In this document: positions 49,865-60,143 of the stretch, piece by piece
Layout: the number at the start of each line of letters is the position of its first letter
Numbering within the stretch: the stretch's first letter is position 1
Assembly (NCBI GenBank): GCA_963754315.1
Contig: CAVWFS010000001.1
Span: forward strand, 320,001 to 384,000
Reading direction: 5' to 3'
DNA length: 64,000 nt
From: an uncultured Candidatus Rokubacteria bacterium
GTDB lineage: Bacteria; Methylomirabilota; Methylomirabilia; Rokubacteriales; CSP1-6
Notes under the pieces: model-generated
Database searches by the model: none
The model's input: the letters and a program-made list of their open reading frames with translations, nothing else
Told to the model about the DNA's origin: nothing
Position numbers and translations under genes: made by a program

Positions 49865-50627
49865 GCTGCAGGCCGCGTTCAGCCGCGCCCTCCTGGGCGC
49901 CGACGATTCGGAGGCGCCAGGCGTGCTTGGGGACGGGCTGGCCCCGCGCGCACGGGTCCAGATCTACCGTCACCACGTCCTCACCAGTCTGACGCAGGCC
50001 CTCAAGGACACCTACCCGGTGGTGTGCAGACTCGTCGACGAGCGCTTCTTTGCCTTTGTCGCCGACCGTTACATCCGCGCGTATCCTCCGACCGGGCCGT
50101 GCCTGTTCGAGTACGGTTCCTCGTTCCCACCCTTCCTGGCGCAGTTTCCTCCATGCCAGGACCTCGCGTACCTGCCCGACGTCGCGCGCCTGGAGTGGGC
50201 GATCAACACGGCCCTGTACGCGCGCGAGGGCGAGCCGATCGACCCGGCTGCGCTCGCTCGTGTTCCCCCCGACGCTCTGGCGACGCTGACCGTCGGGCTT
50301 CATCCCTCGCTGTCGTTCATCGATTCGCCGTGGCCAATCGATCGCATCTGGCGCGCCAACCAGCCCGGGGCCGATCCGGACCTCACGGTTGATCTGGGGT
50401 CCGGTGGGGTGAGGCTCGAGGTGCGTCGTTGCGGTGATGACGTGGTCTTTCGCGCTCTGGCGCCCGCGGTGTACGCCCTTCGCCGTGCCCTGGGCGACGG
50501 TCGCGAGCTCGGCGCCGCAGCTGAAGCGGCCATGACGGTGGAAGCGGACTTCGATCTGGCGGCGTCCCTGCGCGACGTGCTGAACGAAGGAATCATCGTG
50601 AATCTCATGCTTCCCCGCCGCGAGTAG
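49839..50627 (+). CDS. DUF2063 / BufC-like MNIO partner protein
   Basis: LQAAF..ALL, RVQIYR, L..TYPVV..LV.E.FF, YG..FP.FL, YLPDVARLEWA. Confidence 0.88.
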   Translation: MSTVRPLGELQAAFSRALLGADDSEAPGVLGDGLAPRARVQIYRHHVLTSLTQALKDTYPVVCRLVDERFFAFVADRYIRAYPPTGPCLFEYGSSFPPFLAQFPPCQDLAYLPDVARLEWAINTALYAREGEPIDPAALARVPPDALATLTVGLHPSLSFIDSPWPIDRIWRANQPGADPDLTVDLGSGGVRLEVRRCGDDVVFRALAPAVYALRRALGDGRELGAAAEAAMTVEADFDLAASLRDVLNEGIIVNLMLPRRE

Positions 50628-50690
50628 ACTAGAGATGTGACCCCGGCCACCCGCGGCGCCGGCGAACGATCTGACAGCGGCAACGCGTCG

Positions 50691-52505
50691 ATGCGTCCCC
50701 TGCGTCCGTGGGATCGGCTGAGCCTGCGGGTCGCCGTCGTGTTCGCCTTGGTGACTGTGCTGGCGGTGGGGCTCGTGGGCGGCGTCATCTACCAGCGCCA
50801 GAAACGCGAGGTCGAGGACACCGTGGGCACCCAGCTGCTCAACATTTCGCGGGTGGCAGCCCTGATGGTTGACCCGACCCTTCACGCCGAAGTGCAGCGT
50901 ACGCGCCGACAAGACTCGGAGGCCTATGCCCGCATCAGCAAGATCCTGGCGACCATCAAGGGTGAGGTGCTGCTGACCACGCCGATCTACACGCTCACCG
51001 ACTACGATGCCCAGGCCCGCCAGGCCCGCGTCATGGTGAGCAGCGGCGGCCCGAGCGTGCCGGGCGAGCCGTATCCGCTCGTGCCCGAAATCGCCGAGCC
51101 GCTCGGGTGGAGCTTCGAGGACGGGGTCGCGCGCTACACGCGCGCCTACCGCAACCAGCGCGGGATGTGGATCTCGGCCTTCGCCCCCATCGTGGACGCG
51201 GCGGGCCGCTCCATAGCGGTTCTGTACGTCGACTACGCGGTCGACATCTACCTGGACCGCCTTCGCGAGTTGCAGCGGAGCATTCTGCTGGCGTCACTGG
51301 CGGGAGGACTGGGCGCCCTGGTCTGCGGGTTGCTGTTCGCCCGTTACCTCACGCGCCCGATCAGCGCGCTCACGGCCGGAGTGGCCCGGGTGGCGGCCGG
51401 AGATCTCGCGCGAACCTTGCCTGTGCGCTCGCGCGACGAGATCGGTCGGCTCACCCAGGCCTTCAACCAGATGCTGGAAGGACTCCGCCAGCGCGACTTC
51501 ATTCGCAACGCCTTCGGTCGGTACGTCTCGCCCGAAGTGGCCAAGGCGCTGCTGGAATCCCCGGAGGGCCTCCGCCTCGGCGGCGAGAAGCGGGAGGTCA
51601 CCGTCCTCATGTCGGACCTGCGCGGCTACACGCAGTTCGCCGAGCGCGGAGACCCCGCCCGGGTCATGGACGTGCTCAACGAGTATTTAGCCCGGATGGC
51701 GGAGCTGGTCATCGCGCACGGCGGGACCGTCAACGAGTTCAGCGGGGACGCTGTCTTCGCCATCTTCGGTGCGCCCATCGCGCACGCCGATCACGCGGAG
51801 CGGGCGGCGGCAGCGGCCATCGCGATGCAGTCGGCCATGGCCGAGATCAACCTTACCCATACGGCCCGCGAGCTGCCGCGGTTCGAGATGGGGATCGGTA
51901 TCAACACAGGCGAGGCGGTGGTGGGCAACATCGGATCAGAGCAGCGAGCCAAGTACACGGTCGTGGGCAATGCCGTGAACGTGGCCGCCCGCGTGGAGAG
52001 CTCGACGGTGGGCGGGCAGATTTTCGTGAGCGCCGCCACCTACGAGAAGATCCGAGAACTGGCCGAGGTGACGGGACCGGTGCCCGTCCAGGTCAAGGGG
52101 GTGTCCGAGCCGCTGCTGCTCTACGAGCTCCGGGCGATCGGTGGGCGGTTCGCCCAGCGGCTCCCCGAAGTATCCACCGACGCCGACCCCCAGGCCGAGG
52201 TGACCTTGCCGCTCGTGTGCCATGTCATCGACGGCAAGGTCGTACGCGCGGAGAGCGTGGCCGGCTCCGTCGTGCGTCTCGGGCCGCGCCACCTGGACGC
52301 CCGGATCGATACCGCCCTGGCGCCCCTGACTAACGTCAAGCTTCGCCTCAACTATCCGGGTCTCGGCTTCGACTCCGCCGATCTCTACGGGAAGGTCGTC
52401 CCGTGGGAGGATCCCGCGGCGAGGGGACTCACGCGCATCCGGCTCACGTCGGTGGAGGCCGCGGACCAGAAGGCCATCGAGGCGATCATCGCCGACTCGC
52501 GCTGA
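50691..52505 (+). CDS. Membrane-bound class III adenylate/guanylate cyclase (TM-sensor-TM-HAMP-cyclase-PilZ-like)
   Basis: DEIGRL..AFNQM (HAMP); VLMSDLRGYT, EFSGDA, GIGINTG, GNAVNVAAR. Confidence 0.88.
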   Translation: MRPLRPWDRLSLRVAVVFALVTVLAVGLVGGVIYQRQKREVEDTVGTQLLNISRVAALMVDPTLHAEVQRTRRQDSEAYARISKILATIKGEVLLTTPIYTLTDYDAQARQARVMVSSGGPSVPGEPYPLVPEIAEPLGWSFEDGVARYTRAYRNQRGMWISAFAPIVDAAGRSIAVLYVDYAVDIYLDRLRELQRSILLASLAGGLGALVCGLLFARYLTRPISALTAGVARVAAGDLARTLPVRSRDEIGRLTQAFNQMLEGLRQRDFIRNAFGRYVSPEVAKALLESPEGLRLGGEKREVTVLMSDLRGYTQFAERGDPARVMDVLNEYLARMAELVIAHGGTVNEFSGDAVFAIFGAPIAHADHAERAAAAAIAMQSAMAEINLTHTARELPRFEMGIGINTGEAVVGNIGSEQRAKYTVVGNAVNVAARVESSTVGGQIFVSAATYEKIRELAEVTGPVPVQVKGVSEPLLLYELRAIGGRFAQRLPEVSTDADPQAEVTLPLVCHVIDGKVVRAESVAGSVVRLGPRHLDARIDTALAPLTNVKLRLNYPGLGFDSADLYGKVVPWEDPAARGLTRIRLTSVEAADQKAIEAIIADSR

Positions 52506-52555
52506 TCGCGGCGCCGTTTTCGAGGGAAATCGCGGGTGAGTGGTACCATCGGTCC

Positions 52556-54920
52556 GTGATCCTGCGGCTCGTCTTGATTCTGGCGATGGCGTTGCTCATC
52601 TTCCCTGCGATGGCCACCTCCTCCTCCCACGACTTTGCGGAGATCGACACGGTCACGCGCGAGGCCATCGCCTCGGGTGAGATACCGGGGGCGGTGGTGC
52701 TGGTGGGGCGCGGGTCGGAGGTGCTCTACCTGCGCGCCTTCGGCCAGCGGGCGGTCATCCCCGAATCGGCGCCGATGACGCCGACCACGATCTTCGACAT
52801 CGCCTCCCTCACCAAGCCCCTCGGCACCACCCTGGCCGTGATGGCGTTGGCCGAGCGCGGCAAGATCTCACTGGACGCCCCATTGGGACGCTATCTGTCA
52901 GAGTTCGACGGTGGCGGGTTCAGGGAGGTCACCATTCGCCGCATGCTCACCCACAGCGCTGGGTTCCCTGGCATCGTTCCGGAGACCACCCTGAATGGCG
53001 GCTTCCCCCGCGCCGCACGCGCCTTGGCCCAGCTCAAGCTCGATTACCCCCCTGGCACCGGTTTCCAGTACAGCGACGTCGGCTTCATGCTTCTGGGGGA
53101 AGTCGTGCGGCGGGTGAGCGGTGAGCCGCTCGATCGCTACCTGACGCGAGCCTTCGTCAAGCCGATGGGCTTGCGCGATACATCATTCAGACCTCCGACG
53201 TCGGCGCGCGCCCGCCTGGCCCCCACGGAGCGCTTCAATGGAGCGTGGTTCTCGGGGATGGTGCACGATCCCCGCGCGCGCGTGCTGGGCGGGGTGGCCG
53301 GCCACGCCGGCATGTTCTCGACCGCCTCCGATCTGGCTCGCTTCTGCCAGATGTTGACGGCAGAAGGCGTGCTGGACGGTCGCCGGTACCTCAAGACCGA
53401 GACCGTGCGGACCATGTGGACACGCTCGTGGGAGGGCAACGGCACGCGCGCGCTGGGGTGGGATGTGATCTCGACCTATGCGACGGGCATGGCCCCGTTC
53501 TTTCCCGAGGGCTCGGTCGGCCACACCGGCTTCACCGGAACGTCGATCTGGATCGATCCGGCCAGTCGAACGTACCTCATCATCCTGACCAACCGCGTCC
53601 ACCCGACGGGCGGGGGAGCGGCTCGCATTCGTGAGCTGAGAACGCGGGTGACTGCGGCCGCGGGAGCAGCCCTCTTCGCGACCGAGGCGCCGACCCGACT
53701 GGCGGCCAGCGCCGTTCCCGTCGTGTCCACCGAGTCGCCGGAGCCGGCGCTTCACGGCGCGTCGGCAGCCGAGCCAACCACGGCGCCGACGGTCAAGGTG
53801 AAGTCAGGACTGGATGTGCTGGCCGCCCAGAACTTCGCGCAGCTCAGCAGCCAGTCGGTCGGGCTTGTCGTCAACCACACGAGTCTCGACTCGAGCGGCC
53901 GGCGAGCCATTGACCTGGTAGCGGGGGCGCCTGGCGTGCGTCTGAAGGCCATCTTCGCTCCCGAGCACGGCATCACGGGCCAGGTGGACGAGAAGATCCC
54001 ACACGGTCGCGACGTCGACCACCGGTCTACCCATCTGGAGCCTGTACGGTCCGACCCTGCGCCCGAGCACGAGCCAGCTCAAGGAGATCAATGTCCTCGT
54101 CTTCGACATCCAGGACGTTGGGGCGCGCTACTACACATACCTGACCACGCTCGTCTACGTGCTGGAGGAAGCAGCCGCCCGCGGCATCTCGGTGGTGGTG
54201 CTCGATCGGCCCAACCCCATCACGGGGCGGGTCGTCGAGGGCCCTCTGATGGATCCCGATCTCAGGTCCTTCACGGCGCCGCACACGATCCCCGTCCGCA
54301 CGGGAATGACCATCGGCGAGTTCGCCCGTATGGTGGCGGCCGAGCGGAAAATCCCGGTATCACTCACGGTGGTGCCCCTCGAGGGCTGGGACCGCGGGCG
54401 CTGGTATGACGAGACGGGGCTCGCCTGGGTGAACCCCTCGCCGAATATCCGCTCGGTGCGGCAGGCGCTGCTCTATTCGGGTGTCGGGTTGCTCGAGGCG
54501 ACGAACCTATCGGTGGGACGGGGGACGGAGACGCCGTTCGAGGTGGTGGGCGCGCCGTGGATCGAGCCGACCGGGCTGGCGGAGGCAATGAACCGGCTGC
54601 GGCTGGCCGGAATACGCTTCGAGCCCATCACCTTCACGCCGACGGCCAGCGTGTACGCTCGCGTGTCGTGCGGCGGCCTGCGGCTCGTCGTCACCGATCG
54701 CGAGATCGTGCGGCCGGTGACGGTCGCGCTCGCCCTGGCCGGTCAGCTGCGCGCCCGTCACCGCGACCAGTTCAGGCCGGAGGCCATCCAGAACCTCCTC
54801 GTGAACCGATCGACGATGTGGGCCTTCCTCCGCGGCGACACTCTGGACCGTGTCTTGGCCTGGTCCAACAACGACCGCGCAAGCTTCCTGAACCGCCGCG
54901 CGTCGTATCTCATGTACTGA
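52556..54920 (+). CDS. Serine hydrolase (beta-lactamase-like) fused to NamZ/DUF1343 exo-beta-N-acetylmuramidase; frameshift near 54020
   Basis: FDIASLTK, FQYSD, VHDP, GHAGMFS, GHTGFTG; then GLDVL, FAPEHG, SLYG, DIQDVGARYYTY, LDRPNP, PSPN, VGRGTETPF. Confidence 0.87.
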
Positions 54921-54999
54921 CGGGCGCGCGCGCGGCCTGCCCCAGGAGCGGACGCATCGGGGCGCCTCGGCGAGCTGATCGGAGCAAATCGACTGTCCT

Positions 55000-55780
55000 T
55001 AAGAGGAGATGAAGGGTGGGGAGTGTATGTGGCGGTGACGTGTGTAGGACGGCGCGGGCGACCGGAGGGTCAGTTGTGGAAGAGCGGTGAAGAGAGGAAG
55101 ATGAGTAGAAGATGAATGGAAGGGGAGTGGTGGAAGAGTAGAGGATAGGGATTAGAGAGAGGAAAAAAGAGATTGAGAAGATGTGAGATTGGTATAGAAA
55201 GAGGAGAAGAGAGATAGTGAGAGGATGATAGGTAGGTTTCGAGGAGAGGGTGAGAGAGAGGGAAGATGAGAGGTAGGTAGAGAGAGAGGAATAAAGAAAA
55301 AGAGAAGAAGAAAGAAAGAAAAAGAGAGAGAAGAAGAGAGAAAGAGAAGATGAGAGAAAGATAGAGAGAGAGGATTATAGTAACTGGGATGACGACAGAT
55401 CGGCCTAGAGCGCGAAGATTTGCTCTAGGGAAGAAGAGAGGTAGAAAACATTTTATCCTCTTGTACCTGATATGTAGAGTGCTGTAGGAAATGGGATGGT
55501 GAATATGATAGAGAAGAAAGAGGGATAAGTAGAGAGAATAGAGAGAAAGAGATGGCGCGGTATAAGAGAGAATTGTTGGTGATAAGGACAAGAAGCTTGA
55601 GAAAGATATAAATAAAAAGAGAGAAGGGATAGGGATTAGACGACTGGCAGGAAGTGATATAGATAACTGAGAAATGAAGTGTAAACAAAGAGGGATACGA
55701 GCTTCTCGCCGTAAGTTTCGTAAAATGGGCTTATCGGAGAAGGAGGGGGCGTATAGGGAAGGGTGGGCTAGAGAACTTCT
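55000..55780. other. Purine-rich (A/G) low-complexity stretch, probably a sequencing artefact
   Basis: Abrupt switch from GC-rich coding DNA to aperiodic gagagaaga-type sequence nearly lacking C. Confidence 0.7.
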
Positions 55781-55969
55781 AGGCGGAAGGCCTACACCGC
55801 GAAACGTGCTTCTGCCTCGTCGACCTCGGCGGCGAGCTCCCGGTAGCTGCGCGCGCGGCCACCTTGCGGGCGACGCTCGCGCGGTCGACGCGCAGCGCCA
55901 CCGAGCGGGAGGTCCGCGTCGGCGGGCCCGTGAGCGGAATCGCCAGGTTGTGTGCAGCGTCCTCGAAAA

Positions 55970-56923
55970 TCAGCGTTCGACCACGCGGAGACCTACCGGC
56001 AGGGCGGTCTTGAGCTTGGCTCGCTGGCCGGGGGGAACGGTAATCTCGTCAGGGTTGCCGTCGCTTACGAAGCGCTCGTGGGGCCGCTGCTCGAAGTAAC
56101 TGAGCCAGTAGTCGAGGTCACGCTGGACGGCTTGGATGCGCGGCAGCCGCAAGGAATCGAAGGCGTTCGCGAAGGGCGAGGGCGCGGCGCCACCGGCGAC
56201 CATCAGGATGGCGTCGTTCTCGTACGTGGTCCCCTTGGCGGTCCCCCGGCGGGCCCACTGCACGTCCTTAGGATACACGCCGTGCGGGAGGGCGAGGGTA
56301 CGCATCCGGTAGTCGGGGACGTGGCGCTGGACCCACTGCTGGGCCTCGGCAATCTGCGCGCGTACCGTCTTCTCGTCGTACTTGCCCAGATTGGCGTGCC
56401 AGAGCGTGTGGTTGCCGATCTCGAAGCCCCGGCTGACCAGATACTGGAGCTTGCGCCCCTCGTGCTCGGGCTGGTCGAACAGGCGGTTCGGACGGCTGGC
56501 GCCGGGCAGCACGTAGAAGGTCGCGACATGGCCGAACTCGGGATGCTCTCCGGCGAAGGCTTCGAGGATGGCCACGGCAGATTTGGGATCGATTCTGAGC
56601 GTGCCGTTCTGGGTCAGGTAACGAAACTGGCCCGGCGACGAGTCGTCGAACGTCAGCACCACCGGGGTGGTGCCGGCCGGCACCGCGATGCGTCCTTCGA
56701 GGAGCGCGTTCAGCGCAACCAGGCGGTAGCCGGCCTTGTAGAGACGCTCGAGGTCGCGCCGGAAGTTCTCGGGGGTGCGCGTCCACCGTTCCTCCGGGTA
56801 GTCGATCTTGTGGTACTCGAGAATCATGATCCGCCCCAGCTCGTTGGGGGACAGCGGGCCCGCATGCCCGGGCCCATGAGAGAGCACGGCCAAGGCGAGG
56901 GCGAGGAGGGAGAGACGGATCAC
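55970..56923 (-). CDS. Exported polysaccharide deacetylase family protein
   Basis: Signal peptide; NELGRIMILEYH, VLTFDDS, EIGNHTLWH, LALPHG. Confidence 0.87.
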   Translation of the reverse strand: MIRLSLLALALAVLSHGPGHAGPLSPNELGRIMILEYHKIDYPEERWTRTPENFRRDLERLYKAGYRLVALNALLEGRIAVPAGTTPVVLTFDDSSPGQFRYLTQNGTLRIDPKSAVAILEAFAGEHPEFGHVATFYVLPGASRPNRLFDQPEHEGRKLQYLVSRGFEIGNHTLWHANLGKYDEKTVRAQIAEAQQWVQRHVPDYRMRTLALPHGVYPKDVQWARRGTAKGTTYENDAILMVAGGAAPSPFANAFDSLRLPRIQAVQRDLDYWLSYFEQRPHERFVSDGNPDEITVPPGQRAKLKTALPVGLRVVER

Positions 56924-58410
56924 CGGGCTGCGAGCGACCTCTCTGGGGCAAGAGCCTTGCCCGTGTAGTCGTTCTTCGGATTCCAGAGCATCCAACCGGT
57001 GGCCCCGCCTTGCTGCGCGCCTCTGATCTGGGCGCGGACCTCGGCCACCCCAAAGTAGCGCCGGTCGAAAGCGTAATCCCTGAAGTCCTGCAGCCAGGGG
57101 CGAATGCGAACATTCGTGTGAGCGGCCCGCTGCCGTGTCAGCCGGATGCTCTCGTGGATGACCCGGTAGGGATTGGACATCGGGTTGCGGGTGCCTGGAA
57201 TACCGACGTGATACCCGGATGGATACACCATGGGACAGAGGTAGTCGACGTGCGGCGCCAGCTCCTCGATGCGCTGGCCGATGTCGGTGTCGTTCTCGTT
57301 GAAGGCTGTGTAGCCGAAGATGTCGGCGCCCACGAAGCCGCCGGTGGGTCCGATTTCCCGCCGGGCCCGCTCCAGGAAACCGGCGATGGCGGGCAACCGT
57401 GTTTCCTTGGTGTTCGGCTTGGCATAACGGGCAGCCGAGAGACGCCCGTCGGTCGGGAAACGCACGTAGTCGAACTGCACCTCGTCGAACCCCTTGCGGA
57501 TGGCCTCCCGGGCGATGGCGATGTTGTAGTTCCACACCTCCTCCCGGAAGGGGTCCACCCAGGCGAGCTTCTCGTTATCGATCCAGGGCTTGCCGGTGCG
57601 GGTATCGATGATGGCGAGGTCGGGGCGGTGGTTGGCGAGGACGTTATCCTTGAAGACCACGATCCGGGCGATGGTGTAAATTCCTCGACCTTTGAGGTCG
57701 AGCAGCATGCCCTCGACATCCTTGAGGATGACGGGCCCCTGGGCCACGGCCTCGCGCGCCAGCGGGACCTCCGTGACCCACGGAATCCAGCCCCGGTCGC
57801 CCTTGACGTCGATGACCACGGCGTTGAGCTCGGTCTGAGCCACGAGCTCGAGGACACGGTCACGGATCTTCCGATCGCTGACCCCGTAGTACGTGAGGTA
57901 GGCCGCCTTCACCACGTGCTCCTTCAGGACGATGTCGAACGGCCCTGGCGTGGGTGACAGGATCCGCTTCTCGAAACCAGGTGCCTTGACGATGAGCGAT
58001 GCCCCCGGAGGAGGCGTCTCGAACGTGAAGGCCCCCTCCCGGTCGGTCCGGAGCTCGACGCCGTTGAGCACGACCGAGGCCCCCGCGATTGGCTTGCGGC
58101 CTGCCTCCAGGACTCTGCCTGCGAGTGGCTGGGGCCACGTGGCGAGGTCGGTAGAGGCGACCGACGCGGGCGCGCTCGCAGCGGGAGCGCTGGCGTCGGG
58201 AGCGGGGGGCTTCGGCGCCTTGGTGGCTACGCGCGGGGCCGGCACCGTACGGCGTGGCCGGGTGGCGGCTGAAGGACGCGCGGACACCGCTGACCGTGCG
58301 GGGGCCTTTCGCGGAGCCGAGAGTCTCTCGGCGCCGACCGGATTCGGCTGGAGAACCTCGTAGGCAAACAGGGCGGCCACGAGAACGGGGAGCACGGCGA
58401 GACGAATCAC
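56920..58410 (-). CDS. Putative glycoside hydrolase (DUF4015-like) with carboxypeptidase-regulatory-like domain
   Basis: ELNAVVIDVKGD, IARIVVFKD, GFDEVQFDYVRFP, PMVYPS, RPWLQDF. Confidence 0.85.
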   Translation of the reverse strand: MIRLAVLPVLVAALFAYEVLQPNPVGAERLSAPRKAPARSAVSARPSAATRPRRTVPAPRVATKAPKPPAPDASAPAASAPASVASTDLATWPQPLAGRVLEAGRKPIAGASVVLNGVELRTDREGAFTFETPPPGASLIVKAPGFEKRILSPTPGPFDIVLKEHVVKAAYLTYYGVSDRKIRDRVLELVAQTELNAVVIDVKGDRGWIPWVTEVPLAREAVAQGPVILKDVEGMLLDLKGRGIYTIARIVVFKDNVLANHRPDLAIIDTRTGKPWIDNEKLAWVDPFREEVWNYNIAIAREAIRKGFDEVQFDYVRFPTDGRLSAARYAKPNTKETRLPAIAGFLERARREIGPTGGFVGADIFGYTAFNENDTDIGQRIEELAPHVDYLCPMVYPSGYHVGIPGTRNPMSNPYRVIHESIRLTRQRAAHTNVRIRPWLQDFRDYAFDRRYFGVAEVRAQIRGAQQGGATGWMLWNPKNDYTGKALAPERSLAAR

Positions 58411-58530
58411 GTGAGAACCTCGTTGCTGACCGACGCGCATTCGATATCGCAGGAGATGAGGCACCCATGCACGCTACCCGCTCGATATTCGCGGGACCAA
58501 GAAAATTCGTCCGCCGGGTACAATTGTTCT

Positions 58531-59373
58531 GTGCCTCCTCGCTCATTCGGCTGCCAGCGCGCTCGCAGCCGGCGCGTGCGCGCGGGCTCCCTGTCGCTGC
58601 ACCTTCTGGAGTGGGGAGCCCCCGGCCGCCCCGCGCTCTGCTTCCTCCACGGAGGTGCTGCCCACGCTCACTGGTTCGATGAGGTAACTGCATCGTTCGA
58701 GGATCGGTTTCACGTGATCTCCCTCGACCAGCGGGGTCACGGCCAGAGCGACTGGCCCGAGACAGCCGCCTACGGGACCGAGGACTTCGCGGGCGACCTG
58801 GTGCCCGTGATGGACGCGCTCGGCTGGCGGCAGATGGTCGTCGTCGGCCACTCGATGGGCGGCCACAACGCCATGGCCTTTGCTGCCTGGTATCCCGAGC
58901 GGGTGCAGGGGCTGGTCGTCGTGGATGCCCGGCCGGTCATTCCGGATGACCGGCTTGTCCTCATGCACCGTCGTGGTCGGCGCCCCCTGTGGTACCACCC
59001 GACGAGGGAGGCGGCCGTTGCGGCCTTCCGCCTGCTCCCCCGCGAGACCACGGCCGACCCGGCCCTGCTCGAGCACCTGGCGCGGGAGGGGGTGGTGCAG
59101 CGCGACGGGGGCTGGGTTTACCGCTTCGACCCGACCGCGAACGCTGCCCGCAAGCCTGTCGATGCCTGGACGCTCCTCGACCGGATCACGGCCCCGACCC
59201 TGATCGCGCGCGCCGAGCTCTCACCGGTGTTGCCGCGCGAGCAGGCCACCCGGCTCGTCAGTTCCATCGCGCGGGCCACCCTGGTGGAGATTCCGGGTGC
59301 CTATCACCACGTGACCCTCGACCGGCCGAAGGAATTCACGCAGGTGCTCGAGGAGTTTCTGGGAAAGCTTTAA
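58531..59373 (+). CDS. Alpha/beta hydrolase
   Basis: FLHGG, DQRGHGQS, GHSMGG, YHHV; GTG 58531 lies 6 nt after TACAAT. Confidence 0.88.
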   Translation: MPPRSFGCQRARSRRVRAGSLSLHLLEWGAPGRPALCFLHGGAAHAHWFDEVTASFEDRFHVISLDQRGHGQSDWPETAAYGTEDFAGDLVPVMDALGWRQMVVVGHSMGGHNAMAFAAWYPERVQGLVVVDARPVIPDDRLVLMHRRGRRPLWYHPTREAAVAAFRLLPRETTADPALLEHLAREGVVQRDGGWVYRFDPTANAARKPVDAWTLLDRITAPTLIARAELSPVLPREQATRLVSSIARATLVEIPGAYHHVTLDRPKEFTQVLEEFLGKL

Positions 59374-59392
59374 GCTCGAGCTGAGCGGGATC

Positions 59393-60112
59393 TCAGACGG
59401 TGGCGGAGTGGAGGGCGATTGTGCCGAGCGCAAGGCGGCGGAAGCTGACGGCGCGGAGGCCAATTCGTTCCATCAGCCGCGCCAGCTCGGGCGGGCTGAG
59501 GAACCGTTCGACGGAATCGGGTAGGTAGGTGTAGGCCTGCCGGTCGCCCGCCACGACGGCGCCTATGGCCGGCACGACCCGATGGAAATAGACACCGAAG
59601 ACGGCGCCCCACACAGGGACATCGGGCCGCGTGATCTCGAGGCTCACGACGCGCCCTCCGCGCTTCGTCACCCGACGCATCTCCACGAGCCCGTGCTCGA
59701 GACTCTCGAGGTTGCGGAGCAGAAAGGCTGAGGTCACCGCGGCAAACGTCGCGTCAGGAAAGGGCAGGGCCAGGGCGTCGGCGGCGGCCAATGGGATTCG
59801 CGGGTGTCCCGTGGTTTGCAGCTTCAGGCGCGCCTGGGCCAGCATGCCTTCGGAGAAGTCGGCGCCGATCACCAATCGCCTGGGGTCTGCGGCGCAGACG
59901 GCCAAGGCCAGATCGGCCGTGCCGGTGGCCAGATCGAGCACGGGACCAGCCGGCGCATCGACGACGGCGCGCGCCACAAGCCGACGCCAAGCGTGGTGGC
60001 GGCCGCCGGTCATCAGCGAATTCATCAGGTCGTAGCGCCGCGCGATGCGCGTGAACATCGTGCTGACGTTGCGGGCCGAGGGGCCTGACACAGCCGGCCT
60101 CACCTTCACCAC
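59393..60112 (-). CDS. menG: Demethylmenaquinone methyltransferase (MenG/UbiE)
   Basis: MFTRIARRYDLMN, VLDLATGTAD, DFSEGML, LPFPD, AYTYLPDS. Confidence 0.9.
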   Translation of the reverse strand: MVKVRPAVSGPSARNVSTMFTRIARRYDLMNSLMTGGRHHAWRRLVARAVVDAPAGPVLDLATGTADLALAVCAADPRRLVIGADFSEGMLAQARLKLQTTGHPRIPLAAADALALPFPDATFAAVTSAFLLRNLESLEHGLVEMRRVTKRGGRVVSLEITRPDVPVWGAVFGVYFHRVVPAIGAVVAGDRQAYTYLPDSVERFLSPPELARLMERIGLRAVSFRRLALGTIALHSATV

Positions 60113-60143
60113 CAGAGCTCCGTCACCGCTGGATTCTGCGTCC

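Noticed and set aside
55070..55688. Leu/Ser/Phe-rich minus-strand ORFs as membrane proteins
   Set aside because: By-products of the A/G low-complexity tract
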